From Candidatus Marinacidobacterales bacterium (GTDB lineage: Bacteria; Acidobacteriota; Vicinamibacteria; Marinacidobacterales; SMYC01), in NCBI GenBank assembly GCA_965237955.1, contig OZ250169.1, positions 4,480,001 to 4,544,000 on the forward strand: DNA of 64,000 nt, given 5' to 3'. Each line of letters opens with the position of its first letter. Positions within the stretch are counted from its first letter, which is position 1. The notes under the pieces were generated by a model. It was not told the DNA's origin, ran no database searches, and was given only the letters and a program-made list of their open reading frames with translations. Below, piece after piece: positions 17,728 to 27,647 of the stretch. A program made the translations under genes and the position numbers.

Positions 17728-20679
17728 CTAGAGCTCGAAGCGCACGCCGACCCGGAACACGCGCGGGTCGAGCAGCGAAATGACTTCCCGATAGCGAGAG
17801 CCGCTGAACGCGCGGAAGTTCACAACCGGATTGGCGTTCAGAAGATTGTACACATCACCCATGACCGTGAAACGAGTGCGTGCTCCGAGAAAGAACGTAT
17901 AGTCGACGCGAATGTCCCAGATACCGACGTTTCGGGCTCGATTGTCCGCGATCGGGGTCGCGTGGATGCGCTCGCTACCGGCGTTCGGCAGACGGGCGCT
18001 GATGCTACGCGCGTAGTTGTAGCCGCTTTGTAGCTTGAAGGACGTGCTGAGACCGACTTCGTTCGGGAACACGTAGCGGCCGACGACTTTGAAATTCCAG
18101 AACGTCGAATCCTGCCGGCCGTAGTACTCCTGAAGATTCCGCTCCCAGTTGTAGAGGATGGCTGTCCGCGCCGCTGCGATCCGGTTGGTCGACTCCTGGG
18201 TCGTGTTCCTGAAATCGTCGGACTTCGTGACCAGGTACGACGTGAGGAACATCCAGCGGTCGGAGAAGCGTTTGTTGAGCGCGACCTCGAACGTGCTCAC
18301 CTTACCTTCGTACGGCTCGATGCCGTCGTATTTCACCGGGTTCGTCCACAGTCTTTCGGAGCCGATGCCAGCGGGACGGTCGTGGAGCAAAATCTCCTGG
18401 TCGTCCGGTGTTCCAGCGATGTTGTCATCGCCGGCGTCCTGATACAAAAACGGGATCGTGTACTGGTCGAAGCGTTCGAGGTCGACCTCTTCCCAGCCAT
18501 TGCCAACGCTCTTGTAGACATAGTTGGCGCGAACCGAAAGATTCGGCCTGAGCTGGTGCTCGATCGACACCGACGCCTCTTGACCGAACTCGAACAATAG
18601 ATCCGGGTCGACTTGGCGGCTACCGCCGCCACCGAGGGTTCTCTGGAGCGGACCGAGCTCGGGCGAGCACCAGATCTCGCCGCACGGTCCGGGAGTGAGC
18701 ACTCGATCGCCATCCAAGTCGTTGAACCTGTAGCGGAGTCGCACCGTGCTGACGGGGTTCGCATCGTCGACGAACACCGTGCTGGGGTTCGAGTAGAAGC
18801 GCCCGAAAAACGCTTTCGCCACCGTGCGACCTTGGCCGGTCACGTCCCAGGCGAGCCCGATTCTAGGCCCGAGCCCGTTGAGGATGTTCGTCGTCGTCGC
18901 CGGCGTCTCGACCGAGTCGAAGGGAAAGCCGGGAAGCTCAGGCTCGATCCCTTGCACGGGCCAGCCGAGCGCGTAGCGGTCGTAGCGCAGACCCAGGTTG
19001 AACGTCAATCGATCGTTGATGGTCCACGAGTCCGTCACCCACAACGACAATAGCTTCGCGTCGTTGGTGTTGTTGTTCGGCGTGTTGTAGATGTCCACGT
19101 CCTCAGGAACGCCGGCATCGTCATAGTAGAACTGGTTGTGAGGCTGAAACCGCAAGTACTCCCGGCGCTCGCGATACCACTCGGTTCCGAGCTTGAGACT
19201 GTGAGAGCCCTTGGCATCGTCCACATAGTACGAGAGCGAGCCCGTGAGCTGAGGCTTCTGGGTGTCGCGGAAGTGGTAGTAGCTGAACGCCGCGTCGGCG
19301 AACTGCCCGATGTCCCGATCGAAGCGGCCGACGTCCACGCCTTCGACGGAGCTCGATTGCGTTTCAGTCGGGTACAGCGGGAATTCGTTCCTCCACCACG
19401 ACCATTGGACGTCCAAAAACGTCGCGTCGTTGAGGAGGCTCGTCCACTCGAGCTTCGCCGGCTTGTTCACCGACGACTGCCAATGCGCCGCGTTGATGGG
19501 ACGCGTCGGGCCGAGTCCGCGCTCCGGCTGGAACTTGGTACGGCGATTCCAAAACGCGATGATCTGGTTGTTGTCGTTGACCTGCCAATTTCCCTTGAGC
19601 GTGTAGTTGACGAGCTCGGTATGGGCCGTTGTCTCGAGACCGAAAACGAACTGGTCTTGACTGTATTTTCGATAACTGAAAAACCACCACGCCTTGCCGC
19701 GAACGATGGGCCCGCCGATACCGGCGTTGAGATCCCACTGCGTGTCGGTGGGGTTTCCTCTCACGACGCCTCCCCCGGGCGCGAAGTAACCGTCCCTCTC
19801 GCCGCTGGCGCCCGGCTCGAACTCGGGCGGCACGTTGTCAGAGACCATGCCGCCCCCGACGTAGTCGTAGTAGACATCGGCTTTGAGCTCGTCCCCACCC
19901 GAACGGACAGTGATGTTGTGGAACGCACCGATTCCATGCGTTTCCACTTGGTTGCCGGCGCCGCCAAGCTGGTACTCTTCGAAGCTCCCATAGTCGAAGT
20001 AGCCGGCGTTCAAGTCCACGCCTTCGGTCACGTTGATGCCCTCGAGAACGGTGCGGTTTTGTGACTCCGCGCCGTAAGTGACGTAACCCGTCTGGGTACC
20101 CACATGCGAGCCGCCGACGTCGTAGCCGTTCATTTGAAAGCCGGGCGCCTGCGCCATCGCCGCCCAGATGTCACGCGCGTTCGGGATGTCTTCGAGAAGC
20201 TCCTCGGTAAAGTTCACCGCTGTCGTCGTCGTTTTGATGTCGACGACCGGCGTCTCCCCGGTAATCGTCAACGACTCCGAAACACCCGCCAACGGCATGT
20301 CGGCGTTGAGGGTCAAGGTCACGTTGAGGTTGACGCGAACGCCTTCGCGCCGAACCGTCCGAAACCCTGCGAGTGTGAACACCACGTCGTAGAGACCAGG
20401 CGGCACCGAGACGAACGCATAGCTTCCCGAGGAACCCGAGACCGTCGCTTGGGGCGAGATGAGCGCGGCGCCGGTCAGCGTCACGCTTACCCCCGGTAAC
20501 ACCCCACCGGTGTTGTCGTGAACCGAGCCGACCATGCGGCCGCGGAGCTCTTGGGCTTCGATAAATACGGCGGACGCGATTGTCAACGTGACAAAGAGCG
20601 AACCAATCCTTTTCGTGGACAGCCGCTTCACTAGAATGCCCCTCCTCGAACGAATCTCCGTAGAGGACGTTTTATACAA
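17728..20679 (-). CDS. TonB-dependent receptor, Oar-like, with N-terminal carboxypeptidase-regulatory-like domain (true start probably slightly downstream)
   Basis: DNTGGVLPGVSVT...PPGLY; NLGLRYD; PRIGLAWDV; C-terminal PRVFRVGVRFEL. Confidence 0.92.
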   Translation of the reverse strand: MYKTSSTEIRSRRGILVKRLSTKRIGSLFVTLTIASAVFIEAQELRGRMVGSVHDNTGGVLPGVSVTLTGAALISPQATVSGSSGSYAFVSVPPGLYDVVFTLAGFRTVRREGVRVNLNVTLTLNADMPLAGVSESLTITGETPVVDIKTTTTAVNFTEELLEDIPNARDIWAAMAQAPGFQMNGYDVGGSHVGTQTGYVTYGAESQNRTVLEGINVTEGVDLNAGYFDYGSFEEYQLGGAGNQVETHGIGAFHNITVRSGGDELKADVYYDYVGGGMVSDNVPPEFEPGASGERDGYFAPGGGVVRGNPTDTQWDLNAGIGGPIVRGKAWWFFSYRKYSQDQFVFGLETTAHTELVNYTLKGNWQVNDNNQIIAFWNRRTKFQPERGLGPTRPINAAHWQSSVNKPAKLEWTSLLNDATFLDVQWSWWRNEFPLYPTETQSSSVEGVDVGRFDRDIGQFADAAFSYYHFRDTQKPQLTGSLSYYVDDAKGSHSLKLGTEWYRERREYLRFQPHNQFYYDDAGVPEDVDIYNTPNNNTNDAKLLSLWVTDSWTINDRLTFNLGLRYDRYALGWPVQGIEPELPGFPFDSVETPATTTNILNGLGPRIGLAWDVTGQGRTVAKAFFGRFYSNPSTVFVDDANPVSTVRLRYRFNDLDGDRVLTPGPCGEIWCSPELGPLQRTLGGGGSRQVDPDLLFEFGQEASVSIEHQLRPNLSVRANYVYKSVGNGWEEVDLERFDQYTIPFLYQDAGDDNIAGTPDDQEILLHDRPAGIGSERLWTNPVKYDGIEPYEGKVSTFEVALNKRFSDRWMFLTSYLVTKSDDFRNTTQESTNRIAAARTAILYNWERNLQEYYGRQDSTFWNFKVVGRYVFPNEVGLSTSFKLQSGYNYARSISARLPNAGSERIHATPIADNRARNVGIWDIRVDYTFFLGARTRFTVMGDVYNLLNANPVVNFRAFSGSRYREVISLLDPRVFRVGVRFEL

Positions 20680-20706
20680 CGGTTCGAGTCAACTGGAAAC
20701 CGTGGC

Positions 20707-22302
20707 TCACACGGTGGGCGTCACGTCCCCGCGCAGGACCATGCCGGGAAGCTCATCGCTCCGCTCACCGCCTTCGAGCACGAGCTTGCCATTCACGAGC
20801 ACCGCTTCGAATCCATGCGCGTACTGATGAGGTTTCGCGAACGTCGCCTTGTCTTCGACGGCGGCGGGATCGAACACGGTGATGTCGGCGAAGTAACCCG
20901 CGGCAACTCGCCCGCGGTCCGCGATACTGAACCGCTCCGCGGGAAGGCTCGTCATCTTCCGAACCGACTCCTCGAGAGCCATCACTTTCATTTCACGCAC
21001 GTACTTCGAGAGAACACGTGCAAACGTTCCGTACGAGCGTGGGTGCGGGTTGCCGCTCGCCAAAGATCCGTACGTCGCCAACGCCGACCCATCCGAGGCA
21101 GGCATGCACTTCGGATGCGCGAGAATGCGCGCCGTCGTCTCCTCGCCCATGCCGAAGCCGACCATGTTGACGCGGTTGTTCTCTTCGATGATGAGATCAC
21201 GCGTGTAGAGAAACGGATCGTCGCCCGTCTCTTCGACGATCTCCTCGATCGTCCTCCCTTGAAGTGATTTGTTTTTCTCGAGCCTTACCGACGTGATCAT
21301 GACCGTATCCCACGAGCCTAGAAGTGCAATCTTGTCCGCAGTCGCCTGTCGGATGCGCGGCCATACGTCGGGATCCTGTAGACGCTCGATGAATCTCGCC
21401 GTCCCGCCCTCACGGCTCCAGAGCGGCATGAGGTTGGCGAGCCCGGTCGCGTACGCGATGTACGGGTAGCGATCGAAGGTCACGGATACGCCGCGAGACT
21501 CAGCGTCTTCGATCAGCGCGAAGATGTCGTCGACTTTGTCGTAGTTGCGCCGGCCTTGGCATTTGAGATGCGAGATGTGAAGCCCGACACCGCCGCGTTC
21601 AGCGATTGCAATCGCTTCCCCGACAGCCTCTCTCACGCGGTCGTCCTCGTTGCGCATATGGGTTGCGTACAAACCTCGACTGCCCGCCATCACCCGGCAA
21701 AGCTCGCCCATTTCCTCGGCGGTCGCGAAACCGCCGGGTGTGTACTCGAGACCGCTCGAAATACCAAGAGCTCCCTGTCGCAGCGCAGACGCCGCTAGCT
21801 TTTGCATCTCCGCGATCTCGCGAGCGCTCGCGGCGCGGTCCGACATCGCCATCACCAGGCCGCGGAGCGTTCCCTGTCCTACGAAGGAGCCAGCGTTCAC
21901 GGCGATACCGGAGCTCTCGAGCTTTTCGAGCTCGTCGCCGAAAACTGCGGGCTTGAAAGAAGTGCCGTCCATGCCGACGAGCTCGGTCGTCACCCCCTGG
22001 CGGATCTTGCTTTCCGCCTTGGGATTGGTGATGAGCTCGTCCTCACTGTGGGTGTGCACATCGATGAAGCCCGGCGTGACCGTGAGCCCCGAGACGTCGA
22101 GCGTTCGTGCCGCCGTGACTCCAGACAGGTCTCGGACCGCAGAAATCCGTGCCCCGGCGATACCCACGTCAGCCGGACGAGCGGGCGCTCCATCGATGAC
22201 AGAACCGCCTCGCAACACCAGGTCGAAGCTTTGTTGTTGCAATAGCTTACGCGAGTAAGCCGCACCCAAGGTTTTCAAGAATAAGCGTCGATTCACGTCC
22301 AT
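20707..22302 (-). CDS. N-acyl-D-amino-acid deacylase (amidohydrolase family)
   Basis: PGFIDVHTHS, YATHMRNE, HISHLK, HPRSYGTF. Confidence 0.9.
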   Translation of the reverse strand: MDVNRRLFLKTLGAAYSRKLLQQQSFDLVLRGGSVIDGAPARPADVGIAGARISAVRDLSGVTAARTLDVSGLTVTPGFIDVHTHSEDELITNPKAESKIRQGVTTELVGMDGTSFKPAVFGDELEKLESSGIAVNAGSFVGQGTLRGLVMAMSDRAASAREIAEMQKLAASALRQGALGISSGLEYTPGGFATAEEMGELCRVMAGSRGLYATHMRNEDDRVREAVGEAIAIAERGGVGLHISHLKCQGRRNYDKVDDIFALIEDAESRGVSVTFDRYPYIAYATGLANLMPLWSREGGTARFIERLQDPDVWPRIRQATADKIALLGSWDTVMITSVRLEKNKSLQGRTIEEIVEETGDDPFLYTRDLIIEENNRVNMVGFGMGEETTARILAHPKCMPASDGSALATYGSLASGNPHPRSYGTFARVLSKYVREMKVMALEESVRKMTSLPAERFSIADRGRVAAGYFADITVFDPAAVEDKATFAKPHQYAHGFEAVLVNGKLVLEGGERSDELPGMVLRGDVTPTV

Positions 22303-22336
22303 GGCGGAGAGCTTACCTCAACCCGATCCTACATTT

Positions 22337-22371
22337 TGAAATTGACATCGGTTTTCACTTTCAGCTATAGT
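22337..22371 (+). promoter_or_regulatory. TTGACA-N18-TATAGT promoter overlapped by inverted repeat TGAAATTGA-N9-TCACTTTCA (candidate iron-responsive operator)
   Basis: Read directly upstream of bfd; assignment to Fur is inference. Confidence 0.6.
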
Positions 22372-22378
22372 GAATGTG

Positions 22379-22585
22379 ATGATCGTCTGCTTGTGCAAAG
22401 GCATCACCGACCGCACCATCCGCACCCTGATTCGCGACGGCGTGTGCTCCATACGCGAGATTGGCCGCGTCTGCGATGCCGGCCGCGAGTGCGGCGGCTG
22501 CCGCCCGACGATCGACCGTCTCGTGGTGACCGAAAAGCGGCAACGCGAGACGCCTCGGGATATGATGAGAGGCTATGAAAGGTGA
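22379..22585 (+). CDS. bfd: Bacterioferritin-associated ferredoxin
   Basis: MIVCLCKGITD...CGGC; directly upstream of bfr. Confidence 0.9.
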   Translation: MIVCLCKGITDRTIRTLIRDGVCSIREIGRVCDAGRECGGCRPTIDRLVVTEKRQRETPRDMMRGYER

Positions 22586-23045
22586 TGCGAAAGTCATCGA
22601 AGCCCTCAACGACGTCCTGACCGCCGAGCTCACCGCCATCAACCAGTATTTCGTGCATGCGAAGATGTGCGACAACTGGGGCTACCAGCGCCTCGCGAGC
22701 AAGAAGCGCGAGGAGTCTATGGAGGAGATGAAGCACGCCGACAACGTGATCGAACGGATTCTCTTCCTCGACGGCGTCCCCAACATGCAGCGTCTGAATC
22801 CTGTGCGCGTGGGCGAAGAGCCGGTGGAGCAACACCAGGTCGATCTCGAGCTCGAGCTCGAGGCCGTCCAACGCATCAACGAGGCCATCGCTCTTTCTCG
22901 CGACAAAGGCGACAACGGCACGCGCGAGCTACTGGAGGAGATTCTCGAGGACGAAGAAGAAAGCGTCGACTGGCTCGAGGCGCAGCTCCACCTCGTCGAG
23001 GAAGTGGGCCGCGAGCGCTACCTCGCAGAGCAGATCAATTCTTGA
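22575..23045 (+). CDS. bfr: Bacterioferritin
   Basis: MKGD...ELTAINQYF.H...EEMKHAD..IERILFLDG. Confidence 0.97.
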   Translation: MKGDAKVIEALNDVLTAELTAINQYFVHAKMCDNWGYQRLASKKREESMEEMKHADNVIERILFLDGVPNMQRLNPVRVGEEPVEQHQVDLELELEAVQRINEAIALSRDKGDNGTRELLEEILEDEEESVDWLEAQLHLVEEVGRERYLAEQINS

Positions 23046-23242
23046 AGACGGGCGGAGCTTCCGGAATCGCCGCGCCGTCTTGTCGGGGCTCGGACGCGCC
23101 GAAGTGCACGCCCTCTCCGTTCGACATCACCGCCTGACACGACGGGATCTTCCGAGAACGCGAATGGAGCGGACACGGTCAAGGCTAGCAACAAACTGCC
23201 GGTGAATAACTTCATAACGTCACCGCGAAAACCCATTGTACG

Positions 23243-24130
23243 CTACTCGTCGTGCGAAGGCAGCACCACCGCCAGGGCTTTGTCGCGCACCCCGAGAACG
23301 AGCGGCACGTAGCCGGCTGGCTCGCCGTCGAGTTGGAAACGAACATCCGATCCGCTGTCCACATCGATCGTCAGCGCATCGGTTTTGAAGTGCTCGATGT
23401 CCGTGAACTCGAGGTGGAAATGCCCGAGGACGCCGGCAAGATAGCGAAGATAGTCTCGGCGGTTCGTCCCTTTGAAGATGACAACGTCGAGCTTGGGTTC
23501 TTCGAGCCTCGCGTCCGGAGTGACTTTGTAGTGCGGACCATAGCGCCGGATGTTGCCCGCGATGAGCCCGGTGCCTATTATCTCTCTCCCTTCGGTGCGG
23601 ATGCGAAGCGATGTCATCGGATAGCTCGCTAGAAGCCGGAAGCCATCGAGCCAAAACGCGGTCGCGCCCAGGGCGTTTTTGAAACCCGCTTTCAATCGAT
23701 AGACCACTTCCCCATCGAGGCCTACGCCTGCCATCAGAAGAAACGGGCGCTCGCCCGCGAGCCCCATCGGAATTCTCGATACGCGTCCGGAGACGAACGC
23801 GTCGAGCGCTCTGTCGAGTTTCAACGGGATCCCGACTTCACGCGCGAACACGTTAACGGTGCCCCCGGGAAGAACGCCCATAGCCGTCGACGTCTCGAAA
23901 AGACCGCACGCGACTTCGTTGAGTGTGCCATCACCGCCCCACGCAATCGCAGTGTCGAAACCCGCTGACGCGACGTCTCTGGCGATCTCGATGGCGTCGC
24001 CCATTTTCTCAGTGGGCGTCGCGGTAACGTCCATACCCGCCTGCTCGAGGCGTGCGAGCACGCGCGGGAGCAGTTCGTCCTTGCGTTTGCCTCGACCGGA
24101 GCGAGGATTGAAGATGAGCGCGACTTTCAT
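23243..24130 (-). CDS. Diacylglycerol/lipid kinase family protein (YegS-like)
   Basis: NPRSG, GGDGTLNE, PGGTVN, QLDGE. Confidence 0.9.
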   Translation of the reverse strand: MKVALIFNPRSGRGKRKDELLPRVLARLEQAGMDVTATPTEKMGDAIEIARDVASAGFDTAIAWGGDGTLNEVACGLFETSTAMGVLPGGTVNVFAREVGIPLKLDRALDAFVSGRVSRIPMGLAGERPFLLMAGVGLDGEVVYRLKAGFKNALGATAFWLDGFRLLASYPMTSLRIRTEGREIIGTGLIAGNIRRYGPHYKVTPDARLEEPKLDVVIFKGTNRRDYLRYLAGVLGHFHLEFTDIEHFKTDALTIDVDSGSDVRFQLDGEPAGYVPLVLGVRDKALAVVLPSHDE

Positions 24131-24163
24131 TGACTTTGGCTTGACTTGGGCATTCGACGCCTG

Positions 24164-24754
24164 CTACCCGGGTTGAACGGTCACTTCGAGCTCGTCCGTG
24201 AGCTCTCCCCAACCTTCTACATCGACGGTGACGTGTAGGGTCCAAGCGATCTTAGCTTCCATGGAGCGAAACGAGAACGGAGCGTCCGGCGGAACCGGCA
24301 GAGACACGCGGTAGTCTTTTCTCGCGCCAGAACCGAGCTCGAGGTTCTTCTCCAACACCCGCTCGTCGCTGCCGAGAACGGAGAGCTGCCTCCCCCGGTC
24401 CGTCGACTTTTGTCGCGTACACCGGAGCTCTGCCGACATGCGCCGCAGCGTCGTCTCGCGCCGCACCTCGAGGCGAATCTCCATCGCGAACGCGCCCCCC
24501 GGCACCACTTGATCGGATTCCAGCCCAAGATCGAGCATTCGGAACGGCTGGCGGTCCAGGCCGTACAAAAGTTTCAACGCCGCGCGCAGCAGGTTCAAAA
24601 GGACCGGAACCCACCCGATCGTGAAAAGCCACGACGACGCACTGCCTTGGTAGAATCGTGCGAAATGGAAAAAGACGACCGCGATCAGTGTGGCAACGAG
24701 AACCGACATCACGAGCTGGCGCTTGCCCTGGGCAATGAGGGACGACCAAATCAT
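24164..24754 (-). CDS. Hypothetical membrane protein with arrestin/SpoOM-like C-terminal sandwich
   Basis: Two TMs, then VPPDAPFSF...IAWTLHVTVDV. Confidence 0.55.
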   Translation of the reverse strand: MIWSSLIAQGKRQLVMSVLVATLIAVVFFHFARFYQGSASSWLFTIGWVPVLLNLLRAALKLLYGLDRQPFRMLDLGLESDQVVPGGAFAMEIRLEVRRETTLRRMSAELRCTRQKSTDRGRQLSVLGSDERVLEKNLELGSGARKDYRVSLPVPPDAPFSFRSMEAKIAWTLHVTVDVEGWGELTDELEVTVQPG

Positions 24755-24779
24755 CGGTGCGGATCCTAGAAGGCATTTC

Positions 24780-25604
24780 GTGACGAAGCAACACCCTATC
24801 GAATTTGTCGCGGTCGGCCACGTCACCATTGATCACGTCCGCGTCGATAACGGAAGGGGTGAAAAGCGTGAGAAGCGCCTGGGTGGAGCTGCCACGTACG
24901 CGGCACTGACCGCACGTCACCTCGGCGTCAACGTTGGACTGGTGACGTCCGCCGGCCCCGATTTTCCATACTGGGAGCGTTTCACGGGCATTCACATGAC
25001 GACGATCGACTCCGAGCACACGACAGAGCTCGAGCATCGTTATCTCGATGGCGAGCGACACCAGCGCGTACACCGCGTGGCTTCTGCTATCCGGGCCGAG
25101 CACGTCTCGGGACTCCCTGTCGCCGAAGATGCGGCCGTGCTCTACTGTCCCGTGGTCCACGAGGTCGAGGCTCCGCTGATCCCGCTCTCACCCAAGGGGC
25201 TGACCGCTGTGGCGCCCCAAGGTTTTTTTCGACAGTGGGACGACACCGGGCGCATTTCGACACGCGAATGGGACGGAGCCGAACGCGCGCTCGAACGGGC
25301 CGACATCGTCTGTATGAGCGAAGAAGATGCGATTGTCCCCGAGGAGCTGGCCGAGAGCTTCGCCGGTAGGGCATTCGTCATCACCAAGGGTAGTGAAGGA
25401 TGCCGCGTCTATGCGGGCGCCGATATTTTCAATTTTCCGGCACTTCCGGCGCGCGAAGTCGATGCCACGGGTGCCGGCGATGTTTTTGCCGCGTCGTTCG
25501 TCGTTGCGCTCCGACAAGGAGACTCCCTTGCAGAGGCAGTCCGGTTCGCGACCCGCGAGGCGGCCGCGGCGGTCGAATCCATAGGCACGGAGGGTCTTTC
25601 GTGA
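24780..25604 (+). CDS. PfkB-family carbohydrate kinase
   Basis: LGGAATYAA; VDATGAGDVFAA. Confidence 0.9.
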   Translation: MTKQHPIEFVAVGHVTIDHVRVDNGRGEKREKRLGGAATYAALTARHLGVNVGLVTSAGPDFPYWERFTGIHMTTIDSEHTTELEHRYLDGERHQRVHRVASAIRAEHVSGLPVAEDAAVLYCPVVHEVEAPLIPLSPKGLTAVAPQGFFRQWDDTGRISTREWDGAERALERADIVCMSEEDAIVPEELAESFAGRAFVITKGSEGCRVYAGADIFNFPALPAREVDATGAGDVFAASFVVALRQGDSLAEAVRFATREAAAAVESIGTEGLS

Positions 25605-25873
25605 TCGACACCGACTTCGAGGCGTACTGCGAGCGCATCGAGCTCGAATTCTTTCGCCTCAAAGGCCGGCGAGGAATGCTCTCACCGGCGGACTTCTCGC
25701 GCACGCGTGAATGGTTCGACGCGGGCATCTCTATCGATGCGGTCCTCGAGGGCATGGCCGGCGCATTCCAAACACAGAGCGCGGGGCGAGAGGGCGAGAG
25801 CGTTGAGGTCAACAGCCTCTCTTTTTGTGACCCCTTCGTGGAACAGGCCATCGCCCGCCGTCGATCGTTATAA
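25601..25873 (+). CDS. Small hypothetical protein
   Basis: GTG start overlapping the pfkB stop; YCERIELEF...LSPADF...W.DAGI. Confidence 0.6.
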   Translation: MIDTDFEAYCERIELEFFRLKGRRGMLSPADFSRTREWFDAGISIDAVLEGMAGAFQTQSAGREGESVEVNSLSFCDPFVEQAIARRRSL

Positions 25874-25903
25874 CTCTGCCTTTGCGCTACACTTTCTCGG
25901 CCG

Positions 25904-27640
25904 ATGACCCGCGCGCGCATTCTCACCGAGAAGGAAGAAAGCATTCTCGCCGATACCCGGCGCGTGCTTTCCGAGCTTCGGGTCACGCTCGAACGCGTGC
26001 AGGTCGAACCGGACGATGCCGCCTCGTTCGACGCTTCGATCTGCCAGCTCGACGAACTGTTCCTTCTCGTCGTCGCCGGTGAGTTCAACGCGGGCAAGAG
26101 TGCCTTCATCAACGCCCTCGTCGGCGAGAATCTTCTCGACGAAGGGGTGACGACGACGACGTCACGAGTCACGCTCCTGAAGCACGGCGAATCCAAGAAC
26201 CGCAACACGAAGACCGACGCGTTCGAAATCGTCCAAGCGCCGTTCGACGTCCTCGAGAACGTCAATATCGTCGATACTCCGGGAACGAACGCCATCCACC
26301 GCGAGCACGAAGAGTTGACGCGCGAGTTTCTTCCACGCTCCGACATGGTTTTGTTCGTGACGTCCGCGGACCGCCCGTTCACGGAAAGTGAGCGCTCGTT
26401 TCTGGAGGGGATTCGCGACTGGGGCAAGAAAGTCGCCGTTGTCGTCAACAAGATCGATATTCTCGACAAGCCCGCGGACGTGGACGAAGTGACACGTTTT
26501 GTGCGCGACCATGCCGCAACCCTTCTCGGTACCGAAGTAGAGGTGTTTCCGGTGTCCGCGAAACAGGCCGCGCTCGCGAAGTCGGAAAACGACGCCCGGG
26601 TGCTCGAGACGAGTCGGTTTACCGCGTTGGAAGATTTCATCGTGCGCACGCTCGACGATCGTGAGCGCGTTCGGCTCAAACTGCTCAACCCTCTCGGCGT
26701 CGGTAAAGCACTCTCGGAAAAGTACATGGTCGTCGTCGCGGCGGAGCTCGACTTGCTCGCCGACGACCTCGCGATGCTGACCGACATCGACTCCCAGCTA
26801 GAAGTCTACGAGCGCGACCAGCATCGCGACTTCGCGTACCGGCTGTCGGACATCGACAATGCCCTCCTCGACTTCGAGAGCCGCGGCGGCGCTTTTTTCG
26901 AGGAGACACTGAGGCTCGGCCGCGTGTTCGACCTCATCAACAAAGCCAAGGTCAAGGGCGAGTTCGAAAGGAAAGTTATCGCCGATCTCCCTCGAACCGT
27001 GGAGCAACGGGTCGAAGCCGTTATCGACTGGATGGTCGAAAGCGAGCTCGAACAGTGGAAGGCGATCATGACGCACCTCGACGAGCGCCGGAAGGCGCGC
27101 GAGGACCGCATCGTCGGAAAGCTCCCCCCGACGTTCGTCCAGGATCGGAAGAGGCTCCTGGAAACCGTGGGCGCGGCCGCCCGCAAGGCGATCGACGGCT
27201 ACGACCGCGACAGCGAGTCGACCAGGCTGGCCGAATCCGTCCACACGGCGGTTGCGAGCACTGCGTTACTCGAAGTGGGCGCGCTCGGACTCGGTGCGCT
27301 CGTCACTGCGATCGCCACCACGACGGCTGCGGACGTGACCGGGATTCTCGCAGCAAGTGCCCTGTCCGTCGTCGGCCTTCTCGTTCTCCCCGCGAAGCGG
27401 CGTGCTGCCAAAACCGAGCTCAACAAGAAAGTCGCGGAGGTCCGGAACCAGCTCATGAGTTCGCTTCGGCAGCAGTTCGATACCAAGATACAGGGAAGCC
27501 TCGTGAGGATTCAGGAGGCGATGGCGCCGTACACGCGGTTCGTACGCGCCGAGAGAGACCGTCTCGAGACGGCCCGTAACGAGCTCCGGAGCTCCCACAA
27601 CGAGATCGCCCGCGTCGAAGCGAGCATCGACGGGCTTTAG
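25904..27640 (+). CDS. Dynamin-like GTPase
   Basis: GEFNAGKS, DTPG, NKID; long helical stalk and hydrophobic paddle. Confidence 0.9.
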   Translation: MTRARILTEKEESILADTRRVLSELRVTLERVQVEPDDAASFDASICQLDELFLLVVAGEFNAGKSAFINALVGENLLDEGVTTTTSRVTLLKHGESKNRNTKTDAFEIVQAPFDVLENVNIVDTPGTNAIHREHEELTREFLPRSDMVLFVTSADRPFTESERSFLEGIRDWGKKVAVVVNKIDILDKPADVDEVTRFVRDHAATLLGTEVEVFPVSAKQAALAKSENDARVLETSRFTALEDFIVRTLDDRERVRLKLLNPLGVGKALSEKYMVVVAAELDLLADDLAMLTDIDSQLEVYERDQHRDFAYRLSDIDNALLDFESRGGAFFEETLRLGRVFDLINKAKVKGEFERKVIADLPRTVEQRVEAVIDWMVESELEQWKAIMTHLDERRKAREDRIVGKLPPTFVQDRKRLLETVGAAARKAIDGYDRDSESTRLAESVHTAVASTALLEVGALGLGALVTAIATTTAADVTGILAASALSVVGLLVLPAKRRAAKTELNKKVAEVRNQLMSSLRQQFDTKIQGSLVRIQEAMAPYTRFVRAERDRLETARNELRSSHNEIARVEASIDGL

Positions 27641-27647
27641 AAAAGCA

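Noticed and set aside
22240-22302. Tat export of the D-aminoacylase (NRRLFLK)
   Set aside because: The twin-arginine motif is present but the hydrophobic region is too short to call export
23018-23215. Small secreted protein on the minus strand
   Set aside because: It has a signal-like start, but the remainder is low-complexity and overlaps the bfr end; probably a relic that cannot be supported
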